Numbered from the stretch's first letter, positions 1-10,355 are shown. The stretch is 64,000 nt of DNA from Candidatus Kapaibacterium sp. (GCA_963664875.1 OY761611.1:3296001-3360000); one strand, 5' to 3'. Notes: generated by a model not told the origin, from the sequence alone. Numbers and translations: made by a program.

Positions 1-1299
1 ATTGAGCTCGGAGCTGCCGTGATTGTATGCGAAATGTTACCGGGAGATCCTAAAGAGCATATCCTGTATATTCAGGTGAAGAATTCGAGAGAGGCTCTAT
101 CAATTCTCGCCCATAACTATTATGATATGCCGGCAAGTAAAATGGATATTTATGGTGTAACCGGGACTAATGGGAAGACCACAATTACATTTTTGCTTGA
201 TAGCATCTATAAAGAACTTGGCTATAAAACCGGCATTATCGGAACGACCGGTATATATATAGGTGACAGAAAAATTGAAGCATCACATACTACTCCCGAA
301 TCTTTAGAGCTGGCAGCTATTCTTGATGAAATGCATCGTGAAGGAATTCGTAAGGTTTTTATGGAAGTCTCTTCGCATGCATTAGTGCAAAACCGAGCTG
401 ATAATATTAGCTTTAAAGCAGGAATATTTACTAACCTTAGCCATGAACATTTAGATTATCATAAAACAATGGATGAATATGCTGCTGCGAAGAGTATCCT
501 TTTTACCAGAATCAGACCTGATGGGATTGCGATTGTTAATGGTGATGATGTATATAAAGATGCAATAATTCATAAATGTACTGCCTCTGAGATCCGAAAA
601 GTAGGAAGGAATACAGATAATAACATCATAATATCAGAAGAAGTGTCAAAAATAGACGGTATGGAATTCAATCTTCAGATTGATACGAGGTTGCAAATCG
701 CTACTACCTTGATAGGAAAATTCAATATAGATAACATATCAATGGCACTATCTATTCCTATTCTCGAAGGAGAAGATACTAATATGATATTATATGCAGC
801 GAAAAATGCTAAAGGAGCCAGAGGCAGAATGGAAAGAATAAACTTAAGCAATGGTGCTGTGGCTCTTATTGATTATGCCCACACACCTGATGCTCTGGAA
901 AAGGCTCTAAATGCAGCTAAGGAGGTTTTATTAGAATCCGGCTCGAAAGGAAAGCTTATTTCTGTATTCGGTTGTGGAGGCGACCGTGACAAAACTAAAC
1001 GCCCTAAAATGGGGGCTATAAGCACTGATATAGCTCACTTTAGCATAATTACCGACGACAATCCGAGGACTGAAGACCCCGCCACCATCAGAAAAGAGAT
1101 AATTGCAGGAGTAGAGCTGCGACGCAACTGCTGCGAAGTAGCCGGCAGAGCCGATGCCTTGCATCTCGCATATAAGATAGCGATGGAGGGAGACATTATT
1201 TTAATAGCAGGCAAAGGACACGAAACCTATCAGATAATTGGCAAGACTAAATATCACTTTGACGATAAAGAAGAAATTATAAAGTGGGATATTAGATAA
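1..1299 (+). CDS. murE: UDP-N-acetylmuramoyl-tripeptide synthetase MurE (5' end probably outside the window)
   Basis: Motifs GVTGTNGKTT, MEVSSHAL, TNLSHEHLDYH, DYAHTPDAL, VFGCGGDRD, DNPR, AGKGHE. Confidence 0.95.
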   Translation: MELGAAVIVCEMLPGDPKEHILYIQVKNSREALSILAHNYYDMPASKMDIYGVTGTNGKTTITFLLDSIYKELGYKTGIIGTTGIYIGDRKIEASHTTPESLELAAILDEMHREGIRKVFMEVSSHALVQNRADNISFKAGIFTNLSHEHLDYHKTMDEYAAAKSILFTRIRPDGIAIVNGDDVYKDAIIHKCTASEIRKVGRNTDNNIIISEEVSKIDGMEFNLQIDTRLQIATTLIGKFNIDNISMALSIPILEGEDTNMILYAAKNAKGARGRMERINLSNGAVALIDYAHTPDALEKALNAAKEVLLESGSKGKLISVFGCGGDRDKTKRPKMGAISTDIAHFSIITDDNPRTEDPATIRKEIIAGVELRRNCCEVAGRADALHLAYKIAMEGDIILIAGKGHETYQIIGKTKYHFDDKEEIIKWDIR

Positions 1300-1320
1300 A
1301 ACTTATAATTATCATTATGT

Positions 1321-1360
1321 AAAATACCCGATGTGATTTCAAACTCACTTCGGGTATTTT
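1321..1360. terminator. Bidirectional intrinsic terminator after murE
   Basis: AAAATACCCGA...TCGGGTATTTT stem with A/T tails. Confidence 0.7.
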
Positions 1361-1461
1361 GCTTTATTGTCAATTAAATTATCATATATGCAGCCGTAGT
1401 CTATGTTTTGGAAAGATTATTACCTGCAAATATCAAAAAAAAAAAAAATAGTAAATAAATC

Positions 1462-1490
1462 TTGCACATTGTAAATGCAAATTGTATATT
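1462..1490 (+). promoter_or_regulatory. Sigma70-like promoter for the T9SS-cargo array
   Basis: TTGCAC-N17-TATATT, with an A14 tract upstream (1435-1448). Confidence 0.55.
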
Positions 1491-1586
1491 GTAATCAACA
1501 CAGTTAACTGATGTTCTAAGATTAACAAAAGGGTTTTCTTGTTAATCATAAACAATGATATTCTAATACCCAAAAGGAACATATCT

Positions 1587-3023
1587 ATGAAAAGCTTGTT
1601 ACCTATAATAATTGTATTTACATTTCTTTTTAGTATTGACTCTTATGCAGGAAAGTGGGGTAAGCACACCTATTTAACTATGGATTCAGCTGTAGTATTT
1701 ATTGCACATTCAAGGGATTCTTTAGGCAATCAATATTTTACCGGAAATTTTTTTACTTATGGATATTATAAATTGCCAAAAGGAAGTGATACTTGGGAGT
1801 CTTTTACTCACGTAAATATCCTTGATTCCACTTATAAAATAAGAGATATATGGGGAATGACACACGGAAAAAAATCGAGAATGTTTGAAATGATAGCAAG
1901 CGGTGAAGGCTTTTATGGGCAGGATTCCGGAGGAAGATACATAGTATATGAAAGCCCCGATACCACAATAGCATGGAGATATAAAGACGGAGATATATAT
2001 AAATGGGGAAATCCACGATTTTTTTTATATCTCGATGGCAAATATTGGCTGATGGGTGGCAATGTAAAAAAGCTAACCAGATTTGATGAAAATACATTAG
2101 AAATTGATACTTTACCTTTTGATGATGAGGTTCTAAAACCCGCATTTTTTGAAGAAGACCTTGTAACAACACACAAGGAAGGCTTGTTTTATCTGACTTA
2201 CGACAGAAAATATTTGCATTATTATTCCAAAGAAGAATATTTTAGTGTAAATATAGATTCTATATGCAAGGCACGGAACTACGAACATGCTTTTTACAGC
2301 CAAGTTATAGTTTGTGGCGATACTGCTTACTTAGCAGACGAAGCAGCTAATGTATTTATTTGCGATTTGAAAACTCGGGATTTTGTTAAAAAAGAACAAG
2401 GAATGTCTGCAGTCATAGAGCGCACTAAAAGTTTTGCTGACTCAGGTAAAGTAATTGATTTAGAATTATCAATAATGCAAAATAGAGACTTTTTCTTTTT
2501 CTGTATGAAAAATTATAGAAATGAAACAACAGGCGAAATAACAAGAGATATACATACATTCCAAGCAGATGCCGCAGGAGCTTTCAATGTAAATACATTA
2601 TTCTCTCCTGAAATGTCTGCAGCCTATCGTTTTTACCGAACACCTTATGATTACTACTGGGTTTTAGGTCCTTATGTTATACCTGATTCGGATACGGCGT
2701 ATGTGATATGTCCTTACTATCCCGATGAGACAGGAGTAGAAGGTCTGCCGACCATACTCGCCAAACAAGTATATCCGAATCCATCGAAAGTGCAAACAAA
2801 AGTAGATTTTTACGTACACCCGGATAGGATAGACAAACTTAGTTTTACGATATACAACTATATGGGCGAAGAGATAGACAGAATAAGCTCAGAAATAGAC
2901 TATGACTATAGTAGCTTTTACGCAACAAAGACAATAGATGCAACAAAATACTCAACAGGAATCTACTATCTACTCATAGACAACGGCATAGAAAAGCGAC
3001 TTGTCGGTTTTGCAATAGAGTGA
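1587..3023 (+). CDS. Secreted beta-rich protein with T9SS type A C-terminal domain, copy 1
   Basis: Signal peptide; CTD motifs VYPNP...IYNYMGE...GIYYLLI; ATG 1587 matches paralog starts, preceded by AAGGAAC. Confidence 0.85.
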   Translation: MKSLLPIIIVFTFLFSIDSYAGKWGKHTYLTMDSAVVFIAHSRDSLGNQYFTGNFFTYGYYKLPKGSDTWESFTHVNILDSTYKIRDIWGMTHGKKSRMFEMIASGEGFYGQDSGGRYIVYESPDTTIAWRYKDGDIYKWGNPRFFLYLDGKYWLMGGNVKKLTRFDENTLEIDTLPFDDEVLKPAFFEEDLVTTHKEGLFYLTYDRKYLHYYSKEEYFSVNIDSICKARNYEHAFYSQVIVCGDTAYLADEAANVFICDLKTRDFVKKEQGMSAVIERTKSFADSGKVIDLELSIMQNRDFFFFCMKNYRNETTGEITRDIHTFQADAAGAFNVNTLFSPEMSAAYRFYRTPYDYYWVLGPYVIPDSDTAYVICPYYPDETGVEGLPTILAKQVYPNPSKVQTKVDFYVHPDRIDKLSFTIYNYMGEEIDRISSEIDYDYSSFYATKTIDATKYSTGIYYLLIDNGIEKRLVGFAIE

Positions 3024-3045
3024 GGTAAGTAATATAAATATTTTA

Positions 3046-3083
3046 AACTAACCCCATATTGTGTATATAATATGGGGTTAGTT
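3046..3083. repeat. 15-bp perfect-stem hairpin, repeated after each copy (also 4631-4668, 6217-6254)
   Basis: AACTAACCCCATATT-gtgtatat-AATATGGGGTTAGTT; no canonical U-tract. Confidence 0.85.
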
Positions 3084-3171
3084 GTAAAAAAATATTATAA
3101 GTGTAACAAAAATAAATCATAACTGTCAATCAATAAATATCAATATTCTAATACACTCAAGGAACATATCT

Positions 3172-4608
3172 ATGAAAAGCTTGTTACCTATAATAATTGT
3201 GTTTACATTTCTTTTTAGTTTTGACTCTTATGCAGGGAAGTGGGGCAAGCACACTTATTTAGCTAAGGATGAAGGTAAGGTATTTGTGATACAAACTATG
3301 GATTCTTTGGGCAATCAATATTTTACCGGAAGTTTTTTTACGTATGGGTATTATAAATTGCCAAAAGGGAGTGATACATGGGAGTCTGTTACTCACGTAA
3401 ATATCCTTGATTCCACTTATAAAATAAGAGATATATGGGGAATGACACACGGGAAAAAATCGAGAATGTTTGAAATGATAGCAAGCGGTGAAGGCTTTTA
3501 TGGGCAGGATTCCGGAGGAAGATACATAGTATATGAAAGCCCCGATACCACAATCGCATGGAGATATAAAGACGGAGATATATATAAATGGGGAAATCCA
3601 CGATTGTTTTTATTTCACGATAGCAAATATTGGTTAATGGGTGGCAATGTAAAAAAGCTAACCAGATTTGATGAAAAAACTTTAGAAATTGATACTCTAC
3701 CTTTTGATGATGTGGTTTTTAAACCTTCTTATTATGATAAAAATCTTGTAGTAAAATACAAAGAAGGCTTGTTTTATCTGACTTATGACAGAAAATATTT
3801 GCATTATTATTCCAAAGAAGAATATTTTAGTGTAAATATAGATTCTATATGCAAGGCACGGAACTATGAACATGCTTTTTACAGCCAGCTTATAGTTCGT
3901 GGTGATACTGCTTACTTAGCAGACGAAGCAGCCAATATTTTTATTTGCGATTTGAAAACTCGGGATTTTATTAAAAAAGAACAAGGAATGTCTGCAGTCA
4001 TAGAGCGCACTAAAAGTTTTGCTGACTCAGGTAAAGTAGTTGATCTAAAGATGTCAATAATGCAGAATGGAGACTTTTTTCTTTTCTGTCTGAAAAACTA
4101 TACAAATGGGCCAACAAGCGAAATAATATTAGATCTACATACATTCCAAGAAGATGCAGCAGGTGCTTTCAATGTAAATACATTATTCTCACCTGAAATG
4201 TCTGCAGCCTATCGTTTTTATCGAACACCTTATGATTACTACTGGGTTTTAGGTCCTTATGTTAAACCAGATTCGGATACGGCGTATGTGATATGCCCTT
4301 ACTATCCCGATGAGACAGGAGTAGAAGGTCTGCCGACCATACTCGCCAAACAAGTATATCCGAATCCTTCGAAAGTGCAAACAAAAGTAGAATTTTATGT
4401 ACACCCGGATAGGATAGACAAACTTAGTTTTACGATATACAACTATATGGGCGAAGAGATAGACAGAATAAGCACAGAAATAGACTATGACTATAGTAGC
4501 TTTTACGCAACAAAGACAATAGATGCAACAAAATACTCAACAGGAATCTACTATCTACTCATAGACAACGGCATAGAAAAGCGACTTGTCGGTTTTGCAA
4601 TAGAGTGA
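3172..4608 (+). CDS. Secreted protein with T9SS type A CTD, copy 2
   Basis: 478 aa, colinear paralog of copy 1. Confidence 0.85.
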   Translation: MKSLLPIIIVFTFLFSFDSYAGKWGKHTYLAKDEGKVFVIQTMDSLGNQYFTGSFFTYGYYKLPKGSDTWESVTHVNILDSTYKIRDIWGMTHGKKSRMFEMIASGEGFYGQDSGGRYIVYESPDTTIAWRYKDGDIYKWGNPRLFLFHDSKYWLMGGNVKKLTRFDEKTLEIDTLPFDDVVFKPSYYDKNLVVKYKEGLFYLTYDRKYLHYYSKEEYFSVNIDSICKARNYEHAFYSQLIVRGDTAYLADEAANIFICDLKTRDFIKKEQGMSAVIERTKSFADSGKVVDLKMSIMQNGDFFLFCLKNYTNGPTSEIILDLHTFQEDAAGAFNVNTLFSPEMSAAYRFYRTPYDYYWVLGPYVKPDSDTAYVICPYYPDETGVEGLPTILAKQVYPNPSKVQTKVEFYVHPDRIDKLSFTIYNYMGEEIDRISTEIDYDYSSFYATKTIDATKYSTGIYYLLIDNGIEKRLVGFAIE

Positions 4609-4757
4609 GGTAAGTAATATAAATATTTTAAACTAACCCCATATTGTGTATATAATATGGGGTTAGTTGTAAAAAAAATATTATAAGTGTAACAAAAATA
4701 AATCATAACTGTCAATCAATAAATATCAATATTCTAATACACAAAAGGAACATATCT

Positions 4758-6194
4758 ATGAAAAGCTTGTTACCTATAATAATTGTATTTACATTTCTTT
4801 TTAGTATTGACTCTTATGCAGGGAAGTGGGGTAAGAGCACCTATTTAGCTAAGGATGAAGGTAAGGTATTTGGGACACACACTATGGATTCTTTGGGTAA
4901 TCAATATTTTACCGGAAGTTTTTTTACGTATGGGTATTTTAAATTGCCAAAAGGAAGTGATACTTGGGAGTATTTTACTCATGTAAATATCCTTGATTCC
5001 ACTTATAAAATAAGAGATATATGGGGAATGACACACGGGAAAAAATCGAGAATCTTTGAAATGATAGCAAGCGGCAAAGGCTTTTATGGGCAGGATTCCG
5101 GAGGAAGATACATAGTATATGAAAGCCCTGATACCACAATCGCATGGAGATATAAAGACGGAGATATATATAAATGGGGAAATCCACGATTTTTTTTATA
5201 TCGCGATGGCAAATATTGGCTAATGGGTGGCAATGTAAAAAAGCTAACCAGATTTGATGAAAATACTTTAGAAATTGATACTCTACCTTTTGATGATGTG
5301 GTTTTTAAACCTTCTTATTATGATGAAAATCTTGTAGTAAAATACAAAGAAGGCTTGCTTTATTATACTTATGACAGAAAATATTTGCATTATTATTCCA
5401 AAGAAGAATATTTTAGTATAAATATAGATTCTATATGCAAGGCACGGAACTATGAACATGCTTTTTACAGCCAGCTTATAGTTCGTGGTGATACTGCTTA
5501 CTTAGCAGACGAAGCAGCTAATATATTTATATGCGATTTGAAAACTCGGGATTTTGTTAAAAAAGAACAAGGAATGTCTGCAGTCATAGAGCGCACTAAA
5601 AGTTTTGCTGACTCGGGTAAGGTAGTTGATGTAGAATTATCAATAATGCAGAATGGAGATTTTTTCTTTTTCTGTCTGAAAAACTATACAAATGGGCCAA
5701 CAAGCGAAACAATATTAGATATACATACATTCCAAGCAGATGCCGCAGGAGCTTTCAATGTAAATACAATATTCTCACCTGAAATGTCTGCAGCCTATCG
5801 TTTTTATCGAACACCTTATGATTACTACTGGGTTTTAGGTCCTTATGTTAAACCAGATTCGGATACGGCGTATGTGATATGCCCTTACTATCCCGATGAG
5901 ACAGGAGTAGAAGGTCTGCCGACCATACTCGCCAAACAAGTATATCCGAATCCTTCGAAAGTGCAAACAAAAGTAGAATTTTATGTACACCCGGATAGGA
6001 TAGACAAACTTAGTTTTACGATATACAACTATATGGGCGAAGAGATAGACAGAATAAGCACAGAAATAGACTATGACTATAGTAGCTTTTACGCAACAAA
6101 GACAATAGATGCAACAAAATATTCAACAGGAATCTACTATCTACTGATAGACAACGGCATAGAAAAGCGACTTGTCGGTTTTGCAATAGAGTGA
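4758..6194 (+). CDS. Secreted protein with T9SS type A CTD, copy 3
   Basis: 478 aa, colinear paralog of copy 1. Confidence 0.85.
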   Translation: MKSLLPIIIVFTFLFSIDSYAGKWGKSTYLAKDEGKVFGTHTMDSLGNQYFTGSFFTYGYFKLPKGSDTWEYFTHVNILDSTYKIRDIWGMTHGKKSRIFEMIASGKGFYGQDSGGRYIVYESPDTTIAWRYKDGDIYKWGNPRFFLYRDGKYWLMGGNVKKLTRFDENTLEIDTLPFDDVVFKPSYYDENLVVKYKEGLLYYTYDRKYLHYYSKEEYFSINIDSICKARNYEHAFYSQLIVRGDTAYLADEAANIFICDLKTRDFVKKEQGMSAVIERTKSFADSGKVVDVELSIMQNGDFFFFCLKNYTNGPTSETILDIHTFQADAAGAFNVNTIFSPEMSAAYRFYRTPYDYYWVLGPYVKPDSDTAYVICPYYPDETGVEGLPTILAKQVYPNPSKVQTKVEFYVHPDRIDKLSFTIYNYMGEEIDRISTEIDYDYSSFYATKTIDATKYSTGIYYLLIDNGIEKRLVGFAIE

Positions 6195-6286
6195 GGTAAG
6201 TAATATAAATATTTTAAACTAACCCCATATTGTGTATATAATATGGGGTTAGTTGTAAAAAAAAATTTGATTTGGAAAGAGTAAGG

Positions 6287-6457
6287 CTATAAGTCAATAT
6301 CAGGGAATTTGTTTTTTATATACTCTATCGGATTATCTTTAGAGTCCGCTTCCAGCAAGAAATGATAGATATATGACTCATTGTAGTCAATAGATTCTAA
6401 AAAGGCAGTAACCTTTTCTGCAGTCTGTGAGTTGATGTTGTTCAATTCAATATTCAT
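6287..6457 (-). CDS. Small hypothetical protein (56 aa), absent from the ORF track
   Basis: Manual translation MNIELNNINSQTAEKVTAFLESIDYNESYIYHFLLEADSKDNPIEYIKNKFPDIDL; AGGA upstream; same strand as upstream operon. Confidence 0.5.
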   Translation of the reverse strand: MNIELNNINSQTAEKVTAFLESIDYNESYIYHFLLEADSKDNPIEYIKNKFPDIDL

Positions 6458-6513
6458 ATCGCTAATCCTGTTATTAGTTTTATTTATTTAACGAATGTAA
6501 GAAATGAATATTT

Positions 6514-7500
6514 CTAATCATCAAAAATCTCTTCTGAACTACTGCAATAATAAAAGTCTAAAATATCTCCAAAGTTGTAATCGCTCAATTTCATAACTTT
6601 ATCGCCTCGTTCACCATATTCTTTGAGGTATTCCAATAAGCCTTGCTGTTGCCAGACGTAATTTTGATGGATATTTGGGAATCTTCTGATAAGATTGCCA
6701 TATCTGTTTCTGGATTTAGCTGACCAATACCAAATAAAAAGTTCTATACGAGTTTTATCATTTGAAAGAGCAATCGCCAACGGCAGGAAAATATTGATCA
6801 GCAATTCGGTGCGTAGTGCCTGCCCCTCGCTCATGATGTTGTTTTTATTTAGAATATGCAAATCTTCGTGAGTAAACTTCGATTCGAGCGAAATTTCTTT
6901 CAAACCGTCATAAAGAATAGTATTTGCAATACCACTGATGATTTCCCCTATGTCTTGTTTGGAGTATGCAGGTCGCCTGCGTCGGCTATTGTAGCGTTCC
7001 ATAAACTGTCGGGTATATTCGGAAAGAGCATCTTTTATATTCATTTTTTTGAGCAGATTTTTTGATTCTGTAGCTTTGCGTAGCAATCTGAGTAGTGCGA
7101 AATTTTGAAGGACGTCAATGCTTTGCAGATCTATTTCATGTTCAACCGAATACTCAACTTTTTCGAGCTGATCTACCGGCACGACTAAAGTATCAAAATT
7201 ACAATTTTGGGTTTTATCATCTTCGCAGACTATATGAAGAATAACGTTGTCATACCTCGAATCATCGGAGTGTTTATGTTTAGACCAATCAGAACTTTTC
7301 AGATGAAACTCTGCATCGCCTATATAGACCATCCCGTCAGAAAGGATGGCTATGTCGAGCAAATCAGGCCCTTCTTTGACATTAAGTTTACCCGGTGAAA
7401 GAATTTGCAGACGTTTCCCTGATACAGATTTGTAAACAATCGAGGGATTCGAAATAAACTTGTGCAGTTTCGGCTGAAGTTGTTTTTCTGATAGTTTCAT
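6514..7500 (-). CDS. DUF2851 family protein
   Basis: Motifs SPGKLN.KEGPD, GDAEFHLKSSDW.KH.H..D.RYDNVILHIV. Confidence 0.8.
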   Translation of the reverse strand: MKLSEKQLQPKLHKFISNPSIVYKSVSGKRLQILSPGKLNVKEGPDLLDIAILSDGMVYIGDAEFHLKSSDWSKHKHSDDSRYDNVILHIVCEDDKTQNCNFDTLVVPVDQLEKVEYSVEHEIDLQSIDVLQNFALLRLLRKATESKNLLKKMNIKDALSEYTRQFMERYNSRRRRPAYSKQDIGEIISGIANTILYDGLKEISLESKFTHEDLHILNKNNIMSEGQALRTELLINIFLPLAIALSNDKTRIELFIWYWSAKSRNRYGNLIRRFPNIHQNYVWQQQGLLEYLKEYGERGDKVMKLSDYNFGDILDFYYCSSSEEIFDD

Positions 7501-7505
7501 GGCAG

Positions 7506-8183
7506 CTATTCCTGCAAATAATCATAAAGCACATATTTCCAAATACGGGTGAATCCGAACTTTTCGGCAAAGATGAATTCATCGCCTTCGAGAGTAATAT
7601 CAGTATATGTGTTTTTTTTGAATGATTGAATCAAATATTGCTTCGCAACCAAACTGTCCTGATAAATAAAAGACCCTTGCGGAATATAAACTACACTGTC
7701 AGCACATCTGAAATCAACATTAGCAATTGTGAAATTAAATTCCTTGGCGATGGCTGTATCGCTCAGGCGGCTGTTTAGTCTGCAGAGCGAAACGTAGAAG
7801 GGCAGTCTGTCCCATTTATCAATTATATTAACATCGCGTTTGCCCCAGTATATGTTAGTATCCGAAACAGCAGCTCCGAACATGGTTACGCGAGGGAATG
7901 TGCCTTCGTACTCCGTAAACTTGCAAATATAAGTCTTAAAAGTATTTAGGCGAGTGGTGTCCCAGAAATCGAGACACCATTCGAAATCATTTTCTGCTAT
8001 AATTTCCAGTTTTGCTTCCTGTCCGTCTTGAGCTTTGTACTTGTATGTATAGCCAACTGAAGGCTTCCAGATAGTATCAGGTACATATTTTACTATAGGT
8101 GGAGTGACTATTTGTGTATTGTTGTCCTCATCACCACAAGCGACAATTAACATAAAAAGCAAAACAGGAAGTAGGTATTTCAT
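7506..8183 (-). CDS. Hypothetical lipoprotein
   Basis: Lipobox LIVAC after a hydrophobic stretch; start trimmed to MKYLL. Confidence 0.7.
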   Translation of the reverse strand: MKYLLPVLLFMLIVACGDEDNNTQIVTPPIVKYVPDTIWKPSVGYTYKYKAQDGQEAKLEIIAENDFEWCLDFWDTTRLNTFKTYICKFTEYEGTFPRVTMFGAAVSDTNIYWGKRDVNIIDKWDRLPFYVSLCRLNSRLSDTAIAKEFNFTIANVDFRCADSVVYIPQGSFIYQDSLVAKQYLIQSFKKNTYTDITLEGDEFIFAEKFGFTRIWKYVLYDYLQE

Positions 8184-8187
8184 AGCA

Positions 8188-8985
8188 TCACATATATTTA
8201 TTAAACTCATCTTTATAATTCAAAGCAGCCTCTCTTGCTTTATCGGCAAAATCTAAGCCGGATGAAGCATAAATCACACCACGCGAAGCATTAATAATTG
8301 CAGGGCCGCCTGAGTTAGCTTTGATTACGGCTTCTATATCGCCGCCCTGAGCCCCGACTCCCGGAATAAGCAGGCAGTTATTTGGAATAGCCGCTCTTAT
8401 CTCTGCAAGCTCACTTGGGTGAGTAGCTCCGACAACGTAGCCGATATTTTCGTAAGAAGCCCACTGAGATGTCGTTTCGATAACATGTCTGTATAACGGC
8501 TTACCGTTTGAGGTGAGGTATTGGAAGTCCTTAGAGCCTTTGTTTGAAGTGAGCCCAAGTACAAACACCATTTTGTCCCCGTAACTCAAGAATGGTTCGA
8601 CAGAGTCGCTACCCATATAAGGATGAACAGTAATAGAATCAGCATTAAAATGCTCAAAGCAAGATTTTGCGTAAGCTTTAGAAGTGTTGCCAATATCGCC
8701 TCTTTTAGCATCAGCAATTACAAAGCTGGAATCAGGGATAAGCTCCATAGTTTTTTCTAAAACTTCAAAGCCCTTAATACCATATTGTTCATAAAATGCA
8801 TAATTTATTTTGAAGGCAGGTGCAATGTCTTTAGTAGCGTCAATAATAGCTTTATTGAAGCTAACCATGCCCGCAAAATCTTTAGATATGCCCTCAGGCA
8901 GTTTGTCTATATCAGTATCTAAACCCACACATAAGATAGAATTTGTTTTTTCGATTGCAAGTTTCAACTTTTCAAAGGCTTTCAT
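8188..8985 (-). CDS. pyrF: Orotidine-5'-phosphate decarboxylase
   Basis: LCVGLD, DAKRGDIGNT, PYMG.DS, VVGAT, LIPGVGAQGG, NASR. Confidence 0.95.
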   Translation of the reverse strand: MKAFEKLKLAIEKTNSILCVGLDTDIDKLPEGISKDFAGMVSFNKAIIDATKDIAPAFKINYAFYEQYGIKGFEVLEKTMELIPDSSFVIADAKRGDIGNTSKAYAKSCFEHFNADSITVHPYMGSDSVEPFLSYGDKMVFVLGLTSNKGSKDFQYLTSNGKPLYRHVIETTSQWASYENIGYVVGATHPSELAEIRAAIPNNCLLIPGVGAQGGDIEAVIKANSGGPAIINASRGVIYASSGLDFADKAREAALNYKDEFNKYM

Positions 8986-8994
8986 AATTCCCCG

Positions 8995-9819
8995 TTATAA
9001 AGATTTTTTAAATTGCTGATATTTATCTGTAAAAATATTTGACTCTGATGCAGGTGGCAAGTTTGATTCTTTTATCATTTCATCAACTTTTTGGATTCTT
9101 TCTTCGGGCATAGGGTGCGTAGAAAGAAGTTTTTCGAGGAAATTGCTGGAGCTGCCGCCATTCTCATTTATTTTATTGAAAAACAGTTTAATTCCACCCG
9201 GATACCATTTGCTTGTCTGTAAGTATTTAAAGGCATATTCATCAGCTTCGAATTCATCTGCCTGGCTGTTTTGCATAAATGCAACATTGGTGAGTATTCC
9301 TGCAGCGATTTCTGCCGTTGCATTTGGATCAGTGCCAAGCACAAGACCAAGAAGGAAATCTACACCATAAGCTTTTGTTAGCCTTTTTGTAGCATGTCTT
9401 CTTTCAGCGTGAGCTACTTCGTGAGCCAGCACTCCGGCAAGTGTAGCTTCGTTATCCAAAAATTTGAGCAAACCGGTATAAACATATATATAGCCTCCCG
9501 GTGCTGCGAATGCGTTGATAACATCATCTCGATTAATCAAAGTAACAGTATAGGCGAAGTCATCTTTGTACTCTATCTCAGAAGACTTAATGATTTCGTC
9601 TATCATATCCTGAACATATTTAGTAGCAGTTGCATTTTTCAGAATCGGATATTCTTTGCTGTCAGCTTTTATTTGAACATCTAAATCTTTCCCAAGCTGA
9701 ATATCTTTTGACACGGGAAATATGTTTATAGCGGTAATATTTTCAACATCACTGCAAGAGCCAACAAGCAATAAGATAAGCATTAGCCCCAAAGCTCTGT
9801 ATGTTTTTTGAATAAGCAT
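8995..9819 (-). CDS. M48 family metallopeptidase lipoprotein
   Basis: NAFAAPGG, HEVAH, E..AD, STHP; lipobox VGSC. Confidence 0.9.
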   Translation of the reverse strand: MLIQKTYRALGLMLILLLVGSCSDVENITAINIFPVSKDIQLGKDLDVQIKADSKEYPILKNATATKYVQDMIDEIIKSSEIEYKDDFAYTVTLINRDDVINAFAAPGGYIYVYTGLLKFLDNEATLAGVLAHEVAHAERRHATKRLTKAYGVDFLLGLVLGTDPNATAEIAAGILTNVAFMQNSQADEFEADEYAFKYLQTSKWYPGGIKLFFNKINENGGSSSNFLEKLLSTHPMPEERIQKVDEMIKESNLPPASESNIFTDKYQQFKKSL

Positions 9820-10016
9820 GGAAAACCTTCCTATATTTCATTATTATATAATTAAGCAAATTATTTATTCATATACAAACTATATTATAAACAGTTTTGA
9901 TTTTGTGATTATACCCGACATAGGAATCAAAACTATAAAAGTTTACGACTTCCTTTATTTGCTGAGCAGAATATACATTGTACCTGCAAGCACATTTTAC
10001 CTGTGCAATTCTTGAA

Positions 10017-10212
10017 GGGGCTGTCTCAGAAGTCTGAGTTTTGTCATACTCTTTAGTAAAAGTAGAGGAAAAAAAACGTTATATTTCCTTCTACCGCAAG
10101 CTAAAGCATGCGGTTGCAATGAGTTACACAAGTGCAACCGACTGCTTCAGCTGTCGGTAAAACATACAAACATCAAGAATATGATGCAAATTTGGACTTA
10201 TGAGACAGCCTC
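10017..10212. mobile_element. MITE-like element type A with internal inverted REP doublet
   Basis: TIRs GGGGCTGTCTCAGAAGTC / GACTTATGAGACAGCCTC; near-identical copy at 53310-53506. Confidence 0.8.
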
Positions 10213-10355
10213 TCATTAAATAATCTATAGACTGATATATATTCTTTAAAGACCTTTTGAGTTTATCCAGCCTGAAGAATACAACTTATGCTTGTACATA
10301 AAGACTAAATATTCAATCGCTTGTAAAACAAGAACTAATATTAGCAATTTACGTA

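Larger units (their letters stand above)
1558..6265 (+). repeat. Tandem triplication, unit about 1585 bp (gene plus spacer)
   Basis: ATGs at 1587, 3172, 4758; near-identical intergenic spacers and 3' gene ends. Confidence 0.97.

Noticed and set aside
3046-3083. Integron attC site (AAC...GTT ends)
   Set aside because: Only 38 bp, a perfect stem without extrahelical bases, imperfect RYYYAAC/GTTRRRY boxes, and no integrase
1587-6194. Diversity-generating retroelement explanation for the variable paralogs
   Set aside because: No reverse transcriptase or template repeat in the window; differences are not adenine-restricted and the C-terminus is the most conserved part
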